This document shows, piece by piece, positions 39,201 to 46,427 of a stretch of 64,000 nt of DNA. The DNA lies in the NCBI GenBank assembly GCA_963843795.1, contig CAWJLW010000006.1, positions 1,984,001-2,048,000 of the forward strand. The letters are read 5' to 3'. The first letter of the stretch is position 1; each line of letters begins with the position of its first letter. This DNA comes from an uncultured bacterium (GTDB lineage: Bacteria; Armatimonadota; Abditibacteriia; Abditibacteriales; Abditibacteriaceae). The notes under the pieces were generated by a model. That model was not told the origin of the DNA, made no database searches, and was given only the letters and a program-made list of their open reading frames with translations. The position numbers were made by a program, and so were the translations under genes.

Positions 39201-39704
39201 GCCGCCACCGGCAGCGGCTTTAATGATAAGTGGAAAACCGATTTTACGCGCCGCGTTTTGCGCATCCGCGCGGTCGCTGATCGGGTCGGGCGTGCCGGGC
39301 AAAATCGGCACACCGGCGCGTTCGGCCAATTCGCGCGCCTGCACTTTATCGCCCATTTGTTCGAGCAATTCGGGGCGCGGACCGATGAAAATAATGCCCG
39401 CTTCCTGACACGCGCGCGCGAAACGCGCATTTTCGGACAGAAAACCGTAGCCGGGATGAATCAGATCGACACCTTTATCGCGAGCAAGTGCGACAATGCC
39501 TTCGATATCGAGATAAGCGCCGACCGGGCCTTTGCCCTGCCCGACCAGATACGATTCGTCGGCTTTGAAACGATGAGTGGCGAAACGGTCTTCTTCGGCA
39601 TAAATGGCGACGGTGCGCAGACCGAGTTCGGTGGCGGCGCGAAAAACGCGAATCGCAATTTCACTGCGATTGGCGACCATAAGTTTGAGCGGGCGAGTGG
39701 ACAA
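36243..39704 (-). CDS. pyc: Pyruvate carboxylase
   Basis: Biotin carboxylase domain (VANRSEIAIR, HPGYGFLSE), carboxyltransferase domain (RDAHQSL, EMWGGATFD) and biotinyl EAMKM. TTG start with AGGAG RBS. Confidence 0.97.
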   Translation of the reverse strand: MSTRPLKLMVANRSEIAIRVFRAATELGLRTVAIYAEEDRFATHRFKADESYLVGQGKGPVGAYLDIEGIVALARDKGVDLIHPGYGFLSENARFARACQEAGIIFIGPRPELLEQMGDKVQARELAERAGVPILPGTPDPISDRADAQNAARKIGFPLIIKAAAGGGGRGMRVVHREEDLDALLDEAQGEAGRAFGDSSVFLEKYIARAKHIEVQILGDQHGEAVHLHERDCSVQRRHQKVIEIAPSINLNEQVRHELCDAAARLAREIGYDNAGTVEFLLDIDADEWFFIEMNPRIQVEHTVTEQITGIDLVRSQILIAQGLLLHGDEIGIPAQDAIPRNGYAVQARITTEDPENNFTPDYGKIVAYRSAAGFGIRLDGGMAGVGTVITPFYDSLLVKLTASARTFEQALDRLDRGLREFRVRGVKTNIPFLENVVADPTFRSGQATTTLIDSTPSLFDFSPRRDRATKLLNFLGETIVNGNPNSKGFQPASTFATVKAPSYDPQVLAPSGTRQKLLELGARNFAHWTREQKQLLVTDTTLRDAHQSLFATRVRTYDMLRAADAIARRAPQLYSLEMWGGATFDTSMRFLREDPWERLRHLREKIPNICFQMLFRGSNAVGYSNYPDNVVAGFVTHAAESGIDIFRIFDSLNYVPNLRVAMEAVQNTHAVCEAAICYTGDILDPTRDKYTLRYYVDLAKELESMGAHVLAIKDMAGLCRPYAAQRLVAALRDEIGLPIHFHTHDTSGINAASVLKASEAGVDIVDLALAAWSGSTAQPNLNSVVAALEHTERDTGLDLDALNEISDYFEGVSAFYAPFDTAPRSGTAEVYLHEMPGGQYTNLKEQAAGMGLSSRWPEIARTYAEVNDLFGDIVKVTPSSKVVGDLAMFCITRGIKPQDILNLEPGTTPFPESVIDMLSGGLGQPLGGWPEQLQRVVLGDKPASDKRPGEDLPPLDLDGERAKLSEVLEDQLDRAATDDDLYDALMYPQVQAEFAKFVEQFGDVSVLPTPAYFYGLQLDEEIAVEIEAGKTLIIKLISVGAPDKDGRRSVNFELNGMARSASIVDKNLAIQVVTRPKAEAGDNKQIGAPIPGMVTSIGCSVGGKVSKGDKLVTLEAMKMYTTINAPEDGVVDEITVAVGDTVDSKDLLVRLH

Positions 39705-39883
39705 AATGCGCTCCTAAAAATGAATTTTTATTGGATGTTGGCGCAGGAAATTATATCAACTGTGGCGAACCTTTACGGAATTTACACAAAAATACCGGCA
39801 AGTACTTGCCGAACGTTTCGCCATAGTCAGTTACAATATCGACGGCAGAATCGTTTTGTAGCGGCTCGAATCCAGCAAAAAAT

Positions 39884-40426
39884 ATGGGGAAGATTATAAT
39901 CCAACATCACGAAAAACTGAGCGCGGCTGAACCCTCCTCGCAACCAAGCGCGCCGAGTCGCCTACAGATATTTGCAGCGCATCGTTGGAAATGGTTAATT
40001 ATCGCTGCGCCATTCGCGGCGTTTTTAGTCGCGGCCAAACTGCTTAACAGTTCGCCACCGACGAACCGCGCGCAAACCGCGCCCGACGCAGCGCCCGAAC
40101 TGCGAACGCGGCTTTACTCGCACAATTTGAACACGACTTTCGACCTCGCGCGCGAAGTAGCGCAAAATCAAACCACATATAGGCAAAGTTGGCGCATCGG
40201 TGCCCTCGCGAACGCTGGCGCGGATTCAACGACGCGACAGTTAAAAATTGAAGTTCCAGTCTTAGTTTTCACTGACGATTTGACGGTAACTTTGCACGCG
40301 CAGGGCGACCAAACGAGCGTCGATGTCGAATCGAAATCGCGCGTGGGCGAAGGCGATTTCGGCGAAAATCGCCGTCATATCGTGCAGTTTTTAAGCGCGT
40401 TGGATGCGAAGCTGGCGAAGTCCTAA
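39884..40426 (+). CDS. DUF1499-like membrane-anchored protein
   Basis: One TM helix followed by FTDDL.V.....VDV.S.SRVG.GDFG.NRR.I. Confidence 0.8.
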   Translation: MGKIIIQHHEKLSAAEPSSQPSAPSRLQIFAAHRWKWLIIAAPFAAFLVAAKLLNSSPPTNRAQTAPDAAPELRTRLYSHNLNTTFDLAREVAQNQTTYRQSWRIGALANAGADSTTRQLKIEVPVLVFTDDLTVTLHAQGDQTSVDVESKSRVGEGDFGENRRHIVQFLSALDAKLAKS

Positions 40427-40444
40427 ACGATTGTTTTTCAATCC

Positions 40445-40480
40445 AAAAAGCGTCCTGCAAGTACTTGCAGGACGCTTTTT
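40445..40480. terminator. Bidirectional terminator; 36-bp perfect palindrome on the motif
   Basis: AAAAAGCGTCCTGCAAGTACTTGCAGGACGCTTTTT. Confidence 0.85.
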
Positions 40481-40492
40481 TGCGAGCTTTTC

Positions 40493-40593
40493 GCAGGATA
40501 CGGGTCTCTGACCCGCCCTGTGTGCGTTATTCTATTGTTTCAGATTTTCCGAACAAACATTGAAGAAAGGCGGGGCAGAAACCCGCATCCTAC
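40493..40593. repeat. Inverted pair of GTAG-type REP-like units (REPIN-like)
   Basis: GCAGGATACGGGTCTCTGACCCGCCCT (40493-40519) and, on the minus strand, GTAGGATGCGGGTTTCTGCCCCGCCT (40568-40593). Confidence 0.6.
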
Positions 40594-40618
40594 ACATTTT
40601 CATCTCAGCGACGCAAAT

Positions 40619-41314
40619 TCAATTCACATCAGCAACTTCCACAACCACGGCCAGCGCAGGAGCCAACCCAACAGTGTGCTCCACATTGCCAATGCGTAAT
40701 TGCAAAACGCCTTCGGTGGGGACGGCGCGCAGCACTTCGATTTCAGCGCCCGGCACTAAACCGACTTGCTGTAAATGTCGCAACAAGGCCGCGTCTTCAT
40801 CGCTGACACGCCGTACGACAACACGATTTCCGGCTGCGATTTGCGCCAAGGGCCGCCCGCCATCGCGCGCGATATTGCCATCTAACGTCGGAATCGGTGC
40901 CCCGTGCGGGTCGTGCGTCGGGTCGCCCAGAAGCGCGGCCATGCGCGCCTCGACTTCCTCGCTGAGAACGTGCTCCCATTTATCGGCTTCCTGATGTGCC
41001 AGGTCCCAATCCAAACCCAAAATTTGGGTGAGAAAAGTTTCGCTCAGACGGTGATGACGAATCACTTCCAAAGCCACGCGCTCGCCCTCGGCGCTCAGCT
41101 CCACCCCGCGATACGGAGTGTGATGTGCCAAACCCAGCGCGGCCAATTTCTTAATCATCGCCGTCGCCGAAGGTGCGGCCACGCCCAAGCGACCGGCCAG
41201 AGCTTGCGTCGTAATGCCTTCACCGCGCGTTTCAGCGGTGCCTTGACTTTCTTCGCTTTCAGTGCGCAGATGATAAATAGTTTTTAGATAATCTTCGGTG
41301 GTGGAACTCAGCAT
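40619..41314 (-). CDS. DtxR/MntR family metal-dependent repressor with a FeoA-like domain
   Basis: EDYLKTIY, RHHRL.E.FL, EA..WEH and DPHGAPIP. Start is 41314 or 41323. Confidence 0.92.
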   Translation of the reverse strand: MLSSTTEDYLKTIYHLRTESEESQGTAETRGEGITTQALAGRLGVAAPSATAMIKKLAALGLAHHTPYRGVELSAEGERVALEVIRHHRLSETFLTQILGLDWDLAHQEADKWEHVLSEEVEARMAALLGDPTHDPHGAPIPTLDGNIARDGGRPLAQIAAGNRVVVRRVSDEDAALLRHLQQVGLVPGAEIEVLRAVPTEGVLQLRIGNVEHTVGLAPALAVVVEVADVN

Positions 41315-41362
41315 TTTGTGCATGATTTTTCGCCTGCAAGTACTCAGCAGAGCGTGAAAAAC

Positions 41363-42178
41363 TTAAAACCGGTGCGATAGACCGGCGCCATAGAAGAAGT
41401 CAGGGCCGCCAACGTTGTTGCCCAGACCAAATCCCATACTGGCGTCGATCTGCGTATTGTTATTCAGTAAATAAGTGAAACCACCATCGACAAACTTCGA
41501 ATTATCGCGTCCGCCGCTGGGGAAAAGCCCATATGCTTCGATAAAACTCCCCGCTCGCTCGCTTAGCGAAAATCCCAACGAAACGCTGGCATCAAATTCG
41601 TGATAGCGCTGGCTATCTTTAAGATAAGAATAGATAAAATTCGTGGTCAGCGAAACATTCGAGGACAAATTGTTGCCAACCAGTAACTTCACTGTTGGCT
41701 GCACACCACTACTACGAAATTTACGTTTGCCAACCGGCACATTCAGCGCACCCAAAATCGAAATCTTTGGATTTTTCAAACCAAATCCATCCGAACCCGC
41801 CGAAATTTTGTGCTTGAAACCAATTGAACCATCGCCAAACCCCGACATACTATTGCCATTGTCACGCATTCGTAGATAAGACGGCACGGCTAACCGCAAT
41901 TCGGTTTTATCGTTCAATCCACTTCGCACTAGCAATTCGCCGAACGAGTAGCTGCGCTCATCACCTTGACGGTTAGCGGTGAATCCGGCTTCAAACTGAA
42001 TGCGACCCGGCGCTACCGTCGAGGTGCCCGTGCTGAAACCGGGTCGACCGCTGCTCAGCGGATCCTCTTTTGGGGTGGAATTCTGGCCTTGAGCGCCCGC
42101 AGTCGAAATGATGGCTGGACTCAATCCCACCATCACACAATATGCGAAAACCTGAGCCTTCCGTTTGTTAATATTCAT
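41363..42178 (-). CDS. Putative outer-membrane beta-barrel (MetA-pathway / phenol-degradation transporter family)
   Basis: Signal peptide, RP......TV.PG.IQ.E.G, GFGD, amphipathic strands and a C-terminal Phe. Confidence 0.75.
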   Translation of the reverse strand: MNINKRKAQVFAYCVMVGLSPAIISTAGAQGQNSTPKEDPLSSGRPGFSTGTSTVAPGRIQFEAGFTANRQGDERSYSFGELLVRSGLNDKTELRLAVPSYLRMRDNGNSMSGFGDGSIGFKHKISAGSDGFGLKNPKISILGALNVPVGKRKFRSSGVQPTVKLLVGNNLSSNVSLTTNFIYSYLKDSQRYHEFDASVSLGFSLSERAGSFIEAYGLFPSGGRDNSKFVDGGFTYLLNNNTQIDASMGFGLGNNVGGPDFFYGAGLSHRF

Positions 42179-42203
42179 AATTTTTATCTTAACAAAACAA
42201 TTT

Positions 42204-42217
42204 TTAGACACATCTAA
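42204..42217. promoter_or_regulatory. Candidate DtxR/MntR operator
   Basis: Inverted repeat TTAGA-CACA-TCTAA about 25 bp upstream of the barrel gene that precedes the DtxR-family gene. Confidence 0.55.
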
Positions 42218-42313
42218 TTTTGATTTTAAACCTTGTCACCTTTGTGGTCAAGTTTTATGCGCTCGCGCGCATCTCTTTGCAGAGCGCAGCAGTTGAGTTA
42301 CAATTTCGCTGCG

Positions 42314-44194
42314 ATGGCAACCAAAAAAAGAAGTAAAACACCCAATCCGGCGCTCGCTCCCAAAGTGACACACAGTCACGAGCTGATTGGCGCGGCGATA
42401 GAATTGGGCACCATTTTGCGCACCGCCAAAATCGAACCCGCCTTGCGCTCGCGCGTAATCGGTGCCATTATCGCAGCGCTTGCCCAAAGCGAAATCAACT
42501 CAGCGCCAAAATTTGCTTTGCAATCTATCAATCTGGGATTAGAGAAAACTATCCATAGTTTCAAACATTGCGATTTACAAAAACAAAGCAATCTAATTGA
42601 TGCTCTCACGCTCTCGGGTGCCGCTTTCGCCAATCTCCCGCCCTGCGTCGCTTCGATTGTGGCGATTTTAGAAAAATTGAATGTGCGCGTTTTGTTACAA
42701 ACCGATACCGATTTTCTGGGAATGTTTTATGAAGCATTTTTGCGTTACGGCTCTGATAACAATGCTCTGGGCGTCGTGTTCACGCCCCGCCACATCACAC
42801 GTTTTTGCGTGGAATTGGCCGACGTTGGCCCTAAAGATCGCGTGATTGACATTGCTTCGGGTACTGGCGGTTTTTTGGTGGCCGCGTTCGATACGATGAT
42901 GGCGCAAGCGAAAACGCCAAAGATGCGCGAGAAAATCAAAAATGCTCTGACGGGCTTTGATACTAATCCGACGGTATGGGCGCTGGCTTCATTGAATATG
43001 TTTTTTCGCGGCGATGGCAAGAGTCATATTCAGTTGGGAAGTTCGTTAGAACAACAGCATAGAGACGAAGTTGCCGGTCGTTTCACGCGCGCGTTTCTTA
43101 ATCCGCCCTTTTCACAGCGCGGCGAACCCGAACGAGATTTTCTCGACGCTTCAATGAATGCTTTAGAACCCGAAGGCCTTTTAACGGCTGTGGTCGCGGC
43201 GGGCATTTTCGCCGATGATGAACATAAAAACTGGCGCGTGCGCTTTCTCAAAAATCATTCGCTGCTGGCAATGATTAATTTACCGGACGATTTGTTTTAT
43301 CCCACCGCCGCGCCATCTTCGTTATTGGTCGCGCGCGCTCATGTGCCGCAAGATTCAGCAGCACCCGTGATGTTAGCGCGAGTTTGGAATGATGGCTTTG
43401 AAAAAACAAAAGGCCGCCGTATCGATCGTGAGGGCAGCCAACTCCCCGAAATCAAAAGGGCTTACCGCGCACTGCAAAATGGCAAAAACATAAATTCCGA
43501 ATTTGCGACTATTGTTCCAGGGGCAGCAATTCAAAACGGCGCAGAATGGAGCGCGCAGCAGCATTTGCCGCAGCCAAAACTTTCACCAGACGAATTACGA
43601 GAACAGCAAAGTGCGGTGCAGAAATCTATTTATCAAGCCATCGCTCAAATGCCAGAACTGGCCGATATTATCAGCGAAAATTTCACTGAGCACTGGGCGT
43701 ATCAAGACGCTTTGGCGTTAAATCTTCAAGGTACAATTGAAGATTTTTTCACGGTCGAAACCGGGCGTTCCTTGGGTGAAAAGAATTATCTTGATGGAAC
43801 ATTGCCTTATATTTCCAGCGGTGACAGTTTCAATAGCATTGTGCGCTTAGTCGAAGGCGATAGAACGCAAATTATAAATGATGCCGCGATCACAGTCACA
43901 GCGTTTGGAAAAGCGTGCGTGCAGCCGTGGCCGTTTCTGGCGCGCGGCAATGGTGGCAGCGCGGTACGCGTGTTGCGCCCGAATTTTGCGATGAATTTTC
44001 GAGAACTGGTGTGGTTTGCCGCACAAATCAACGCCCACAAATGGCGCTTTTTTTATGCGCGCATGGCGATCAAATCGCGTCTGGAACGTTTGATAGTGTG
44101 CAGTCCAAGCGTTCAAATGCCAGATGAGTGCAATTTGGCCGCTAACGTTCGTGCATTTAAAAACTCGCTCGACGAATATAGTCGCATTGATTAA
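42314..44194 (+). CDS. N6-adenine DNA methyltransferase (HsdM / type IIG-like) with a fused C-terminal specificity domain
   Basis: GVVFTPRHI, motif I DIASGTGGFL, motif IV NPPF, and a C-terminal TRD-like segment (LPYISS...ITV...VRVLRP). Confidence 0.85.
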   Translation: MATKKRSKTPNPALAPKVTHSHELIGAAIELGTILRTAKIEPALRSRVIGAIIAALAQSEINSAPKFALQSINLGLEKTIHSFKHCDLQKQSNLIDALTLSGAAFANLPPCVASIVAILEKLNVRVLLQTDTDFLGMFYEAFLRYGSDNNALGVVFTPRHITRFCVELADVGPKDRVIDIASGTGGFLVAAFDTMMAQAKTPKMREKIKNALTGFDTNPTVWALASLNMFFRGDGKSHIQLGSSLEQQHRDEVAGRFTRAFLNPPFSQRGEPERDFLDASMNALEPEGLLTAVVAAGIFADDEHKNWRVRFLKNHSLLAMINLPDDLFYPTAAPSSLLVARAHVPQDSAAPVMLARVWNDGFEKTKGRRIDREGSQLPEIKRAYRALQNGKNINSEFATIVPGAAIQNGAEWSAQQHLPQPKLSPDELREQQSAVQKSIYQAIAQMPELADIISENFTEHWAYQDALALNLQGTIEDFFTVETGRSLGEKNYLDGTLPYISSGDSFNSIVRLVEGDRTQIINDAAITVTAFGKACVQPWPFLARGNGGSAVRVLRPNFAMNFRELVWFAAQINAHKWRFFYARMAIKSRLERLIVCSPSVQMPDECNLAANVRAFKNSLDEYSRID

Positions 44195-44198
44195 AACG

Positions 44199-44230
44199 AA
44201 AGCGCGCTGCAAGTACTTGCAGCGCGCTTT
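44199..44230. terminator. Bidirectional terminator; 32-bp perfect palindrome on the motif
   Basis: AAAGCGCGCTGCAAGTACTTGCAGCGCGCTTT between convergent genes. Confidence 0.85.
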
Positions 44231-44269
44231 TTCCAACAATCATCAAATGTTTCTGTGGCGGTTGTCTGG

Positions 44270-45676
44270 TTATTGAACGGTATTCTTCTCGTCCAAACGT
44301 TGACGGAGCTGTTGCAACGCTTCGCGGCGACGGCCTCCGCCGCCAAAGGTGAAGGGCAAACGCGGCGCGGTCTTGCCTTCAAGCAAATGCTCCTCATCGA
44401 CCGTATAGGGAATGAAAGCGATGCACATTTCGTCCGTGGTCTGCTCTCCCCAGCGCACGGCGCGAGGAGGGTCGCTGGGATTGGTCGGATTCTGAGCGCT
44501 GTTATCGTAGCGCGCCATCAAATCGATTTTGCTGCCTTTGGGCAGCTTAATCGGTTCGTTGAATACGTAAGTCATCTGCCAGTTAAAATCCCAATCATCG
44601 ACGCGCACCAGCTTCTTTTTGGTGTCGTCGGGCAAGGTCGCCGTCAGTTCCATTTCTTTGCCCAGCAGATGCATGTGAGGCGTGGTGGCCAGCGCCGTGA
44701 TATCGATGGGAACGGTAGTCGAAGCGCGCTCGATGTGATTGGCTTCACCAGCGGGAATGCGAATTCCGGGATTGACAACCAGCATCATGCGGACCTGCTT
44801 ATCAATCGGGCCATCGGCGAAAAACAAACCGATTTTAGTTTGATCGACTTCGGGCTTACCGCTCTTGTGATAATGCACTTGCAGCACAATATCGGCACCT
44901 TTGGGCAGCAAAATTCCTGAACCTGCGGGTGTTTTACGCGGCACCAATCCGGGTGCCCAACCGCCCAGGGAACCCGAAGGCAAAATGCCGATGCCACCGA
45001 ACGAAGTGTAGCCCGGCCCAGCGTCGGCCATATCTTTTTCGCGTGCCTGCCCCGTCGTATCCAGATACGCAATGACATGATGCACAACGGCGCGGTTGCC
45101 GGGCCGCACTTCCATCGCCGAAACGTAACGGTCTTCATCGTAGTTAGTGGGAATCACAAAGCAGCGATACACATCGTCGCCTTCAGCCGCCAGCTCGTAG
45201 GGAGCTTCGGGTTGCAGCACTAAATCGGGCTTGCCGTTGTGCCAATCGGAAGTAAAAGTCGGTGCTTTGGGCGCCTGAGCTGCGTCGCCTTCGGGCGCGC
45301 CATCTTCGGCCCACTGCCCGATCATTCCGATTTCTGTATCGGTTAGGCGATGCGCGTCCTGAAATTTTTCCTTTCCTTCATCGACTTTCCACGGCGGCAT
45401 AAAACGACTTTGCGTGACAATTGCGATCTGGCGCGCGCGTTTTTTGGCATCAGCGTAATTCATCAGCGGAAACGGCGCGACTTCGCCGGGTCGATGGCAG
45501 TTGCTACAATTGTTGAACACAATGGGCGCGATCTGCTTGCTCCACGTCACGCTACCTTTGGGCAGTGGCACATAAGCATTGTCCGCCGCGCGCGTGCTTT
45601 GTGAGGTGCGCGCTAAAAAGACCGCGCTGCCAAAAAGGAGGCAAACCAGAGCCAAACGCTGTAAAAAAGTTTTCAT
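44270..45676 (-). CDS. Secreted heme-c / copper type II ascorbate-dependent monooxygenase-like protein
   Basis: Signal peptide, CSNCH heme motif, and VHH, HYH, HMH and EMC copper-ligand motifs. Confidence 0.85.
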   Translation of the reverse strand: MKTFLQRLALVCLLFGSAVFLARTSQSTRAADNAYVPLPKGSVTWSKQIAPIVFNNCSNCHRPGEVAPFPLMNYADAKKRARQIAIVTQSRFMPPWKVDEGKEKFQDAHRLTDTEIGMIGQWAEDGAPEGDAAQAPKAPTFTSDWHNGKPDLVLQPEAPYELAAEGDDVYRCFVIPTNYDEDRYVSAMEVRPGNRAVVHHVIAYLDTTGQAREKDMADAGPGYTSFGGIGILPSGSLGGWAPGLVPRKTPAGSGILLPKGADIVLQVHYHKSGKPEVDQTKIGLFFADGPIDKQVRMMLVVNPGIRIPAGEANHIERASTTVPIDITALATTPHMHLLGKEMELTATLPDDTKKKLVRVDDWDFNWQMTYVFNEPIKLPKGSKIDLMARYDNSAQNPTNPSDPPRAVRWGEQTTDEMCIAFIPYTVDEEHLLEGKTAPRLPFTFGGGGRRREALQQLRQRLDEKNTVQ

Positions 45677-45698
45677 AAGTCTTCAAATTTTCTCTATT

Positions 45699-46292
45699 TC
45701 AATTAATGCCATCGGGAATGAAACAGCCGATGGCAGTTGTCGTAGCTTGCGGGACTGCTTTTCCAGCCACAATTGCATCCAGAGTTTGACGCAAATCGTG
45801 CCGGGTGACTCGCGCGCGTTTCTTTCCGAAACCGACATATAAATTATTGATGCGGCCCAGATAAACGCGCTTGCCATCCGCATTCAACACCGCGACTTGT
45901 GGCGTGACGGTCGCACCGGTCGCGCGCACCAGTTGATATTTGCCATCAATGACCAATGGCATTTTGTAACCGAAATCTTTGGCGTGGCTTCGCGCTTTTT
46001 CTGCGCTGATTTCTTTATCGGCATAAACCAAAAAGAAGCGCACATTTTTCGCATATTGCACTGCGATGCGATTAATTTCGGGCGCATAAGCGTTGGAAAT
46101 CGGACAATCGTGCGCCACAAACAGTAACACGGTCGCGCGCGCTTTTTTATCGGCCAAAGCGTGCCGCTTTCCACTCAAATCGCCGAACGAAAGCGGCGCA
46201 GCGCTCGCTACTGCAGTCGTCAAAAAACCGCACATTAATGCGATTGATAAAACCGATAGTTTTCGTTGATAACAATTAACAAATTTCTTCAT
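45699..46292 (-). CDS. Redoxin (thioredoxin-fold) partner protein
   Basis: CP...Y.P, GATVTPQ, Y.GRI and C-terminal GC.I. Likely start is 46292. Confidence 0.85.
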   Translation of the reverse strand: MKKFVNCYQRKLSVLSIALMCGFLTTAVASAAPLSFGDLSGKRHALADKKARATVLLFVAHDCPISNAYAPEINRIAVQYAKNVRFFLVYADKEISAEKARSHAKDFGYKMPLVIDGKYQLVRATGATVTPQVAVLNADGKRVYLGRINNLYVGFGKKRARVTRHDLRQTLDAIVAGKAVPQATTTAIGCFIPDGIN

Positions 46293-46427
46293 TTGATGAA
46301 TTGAGCTTCTGACGGGCGCTGCAAGTACTTGCGATACATTATAAAGCAATTGGGACACAAAAATGCGCGTTTCTTTCGACAGTAGAGCGTTGAATAGTTG
46401 CGAGTTTTCGGATAGCTTAAAATCTTC

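Noticed and set aside
41360..44194. Motif-free stretch as evidence of horizontal acquisition of the methyltransferase region
   Set aside because: Gaps of similar length occur in core genes (glnD, ahcY-sahR), so absence over about 3 kb is not significant.
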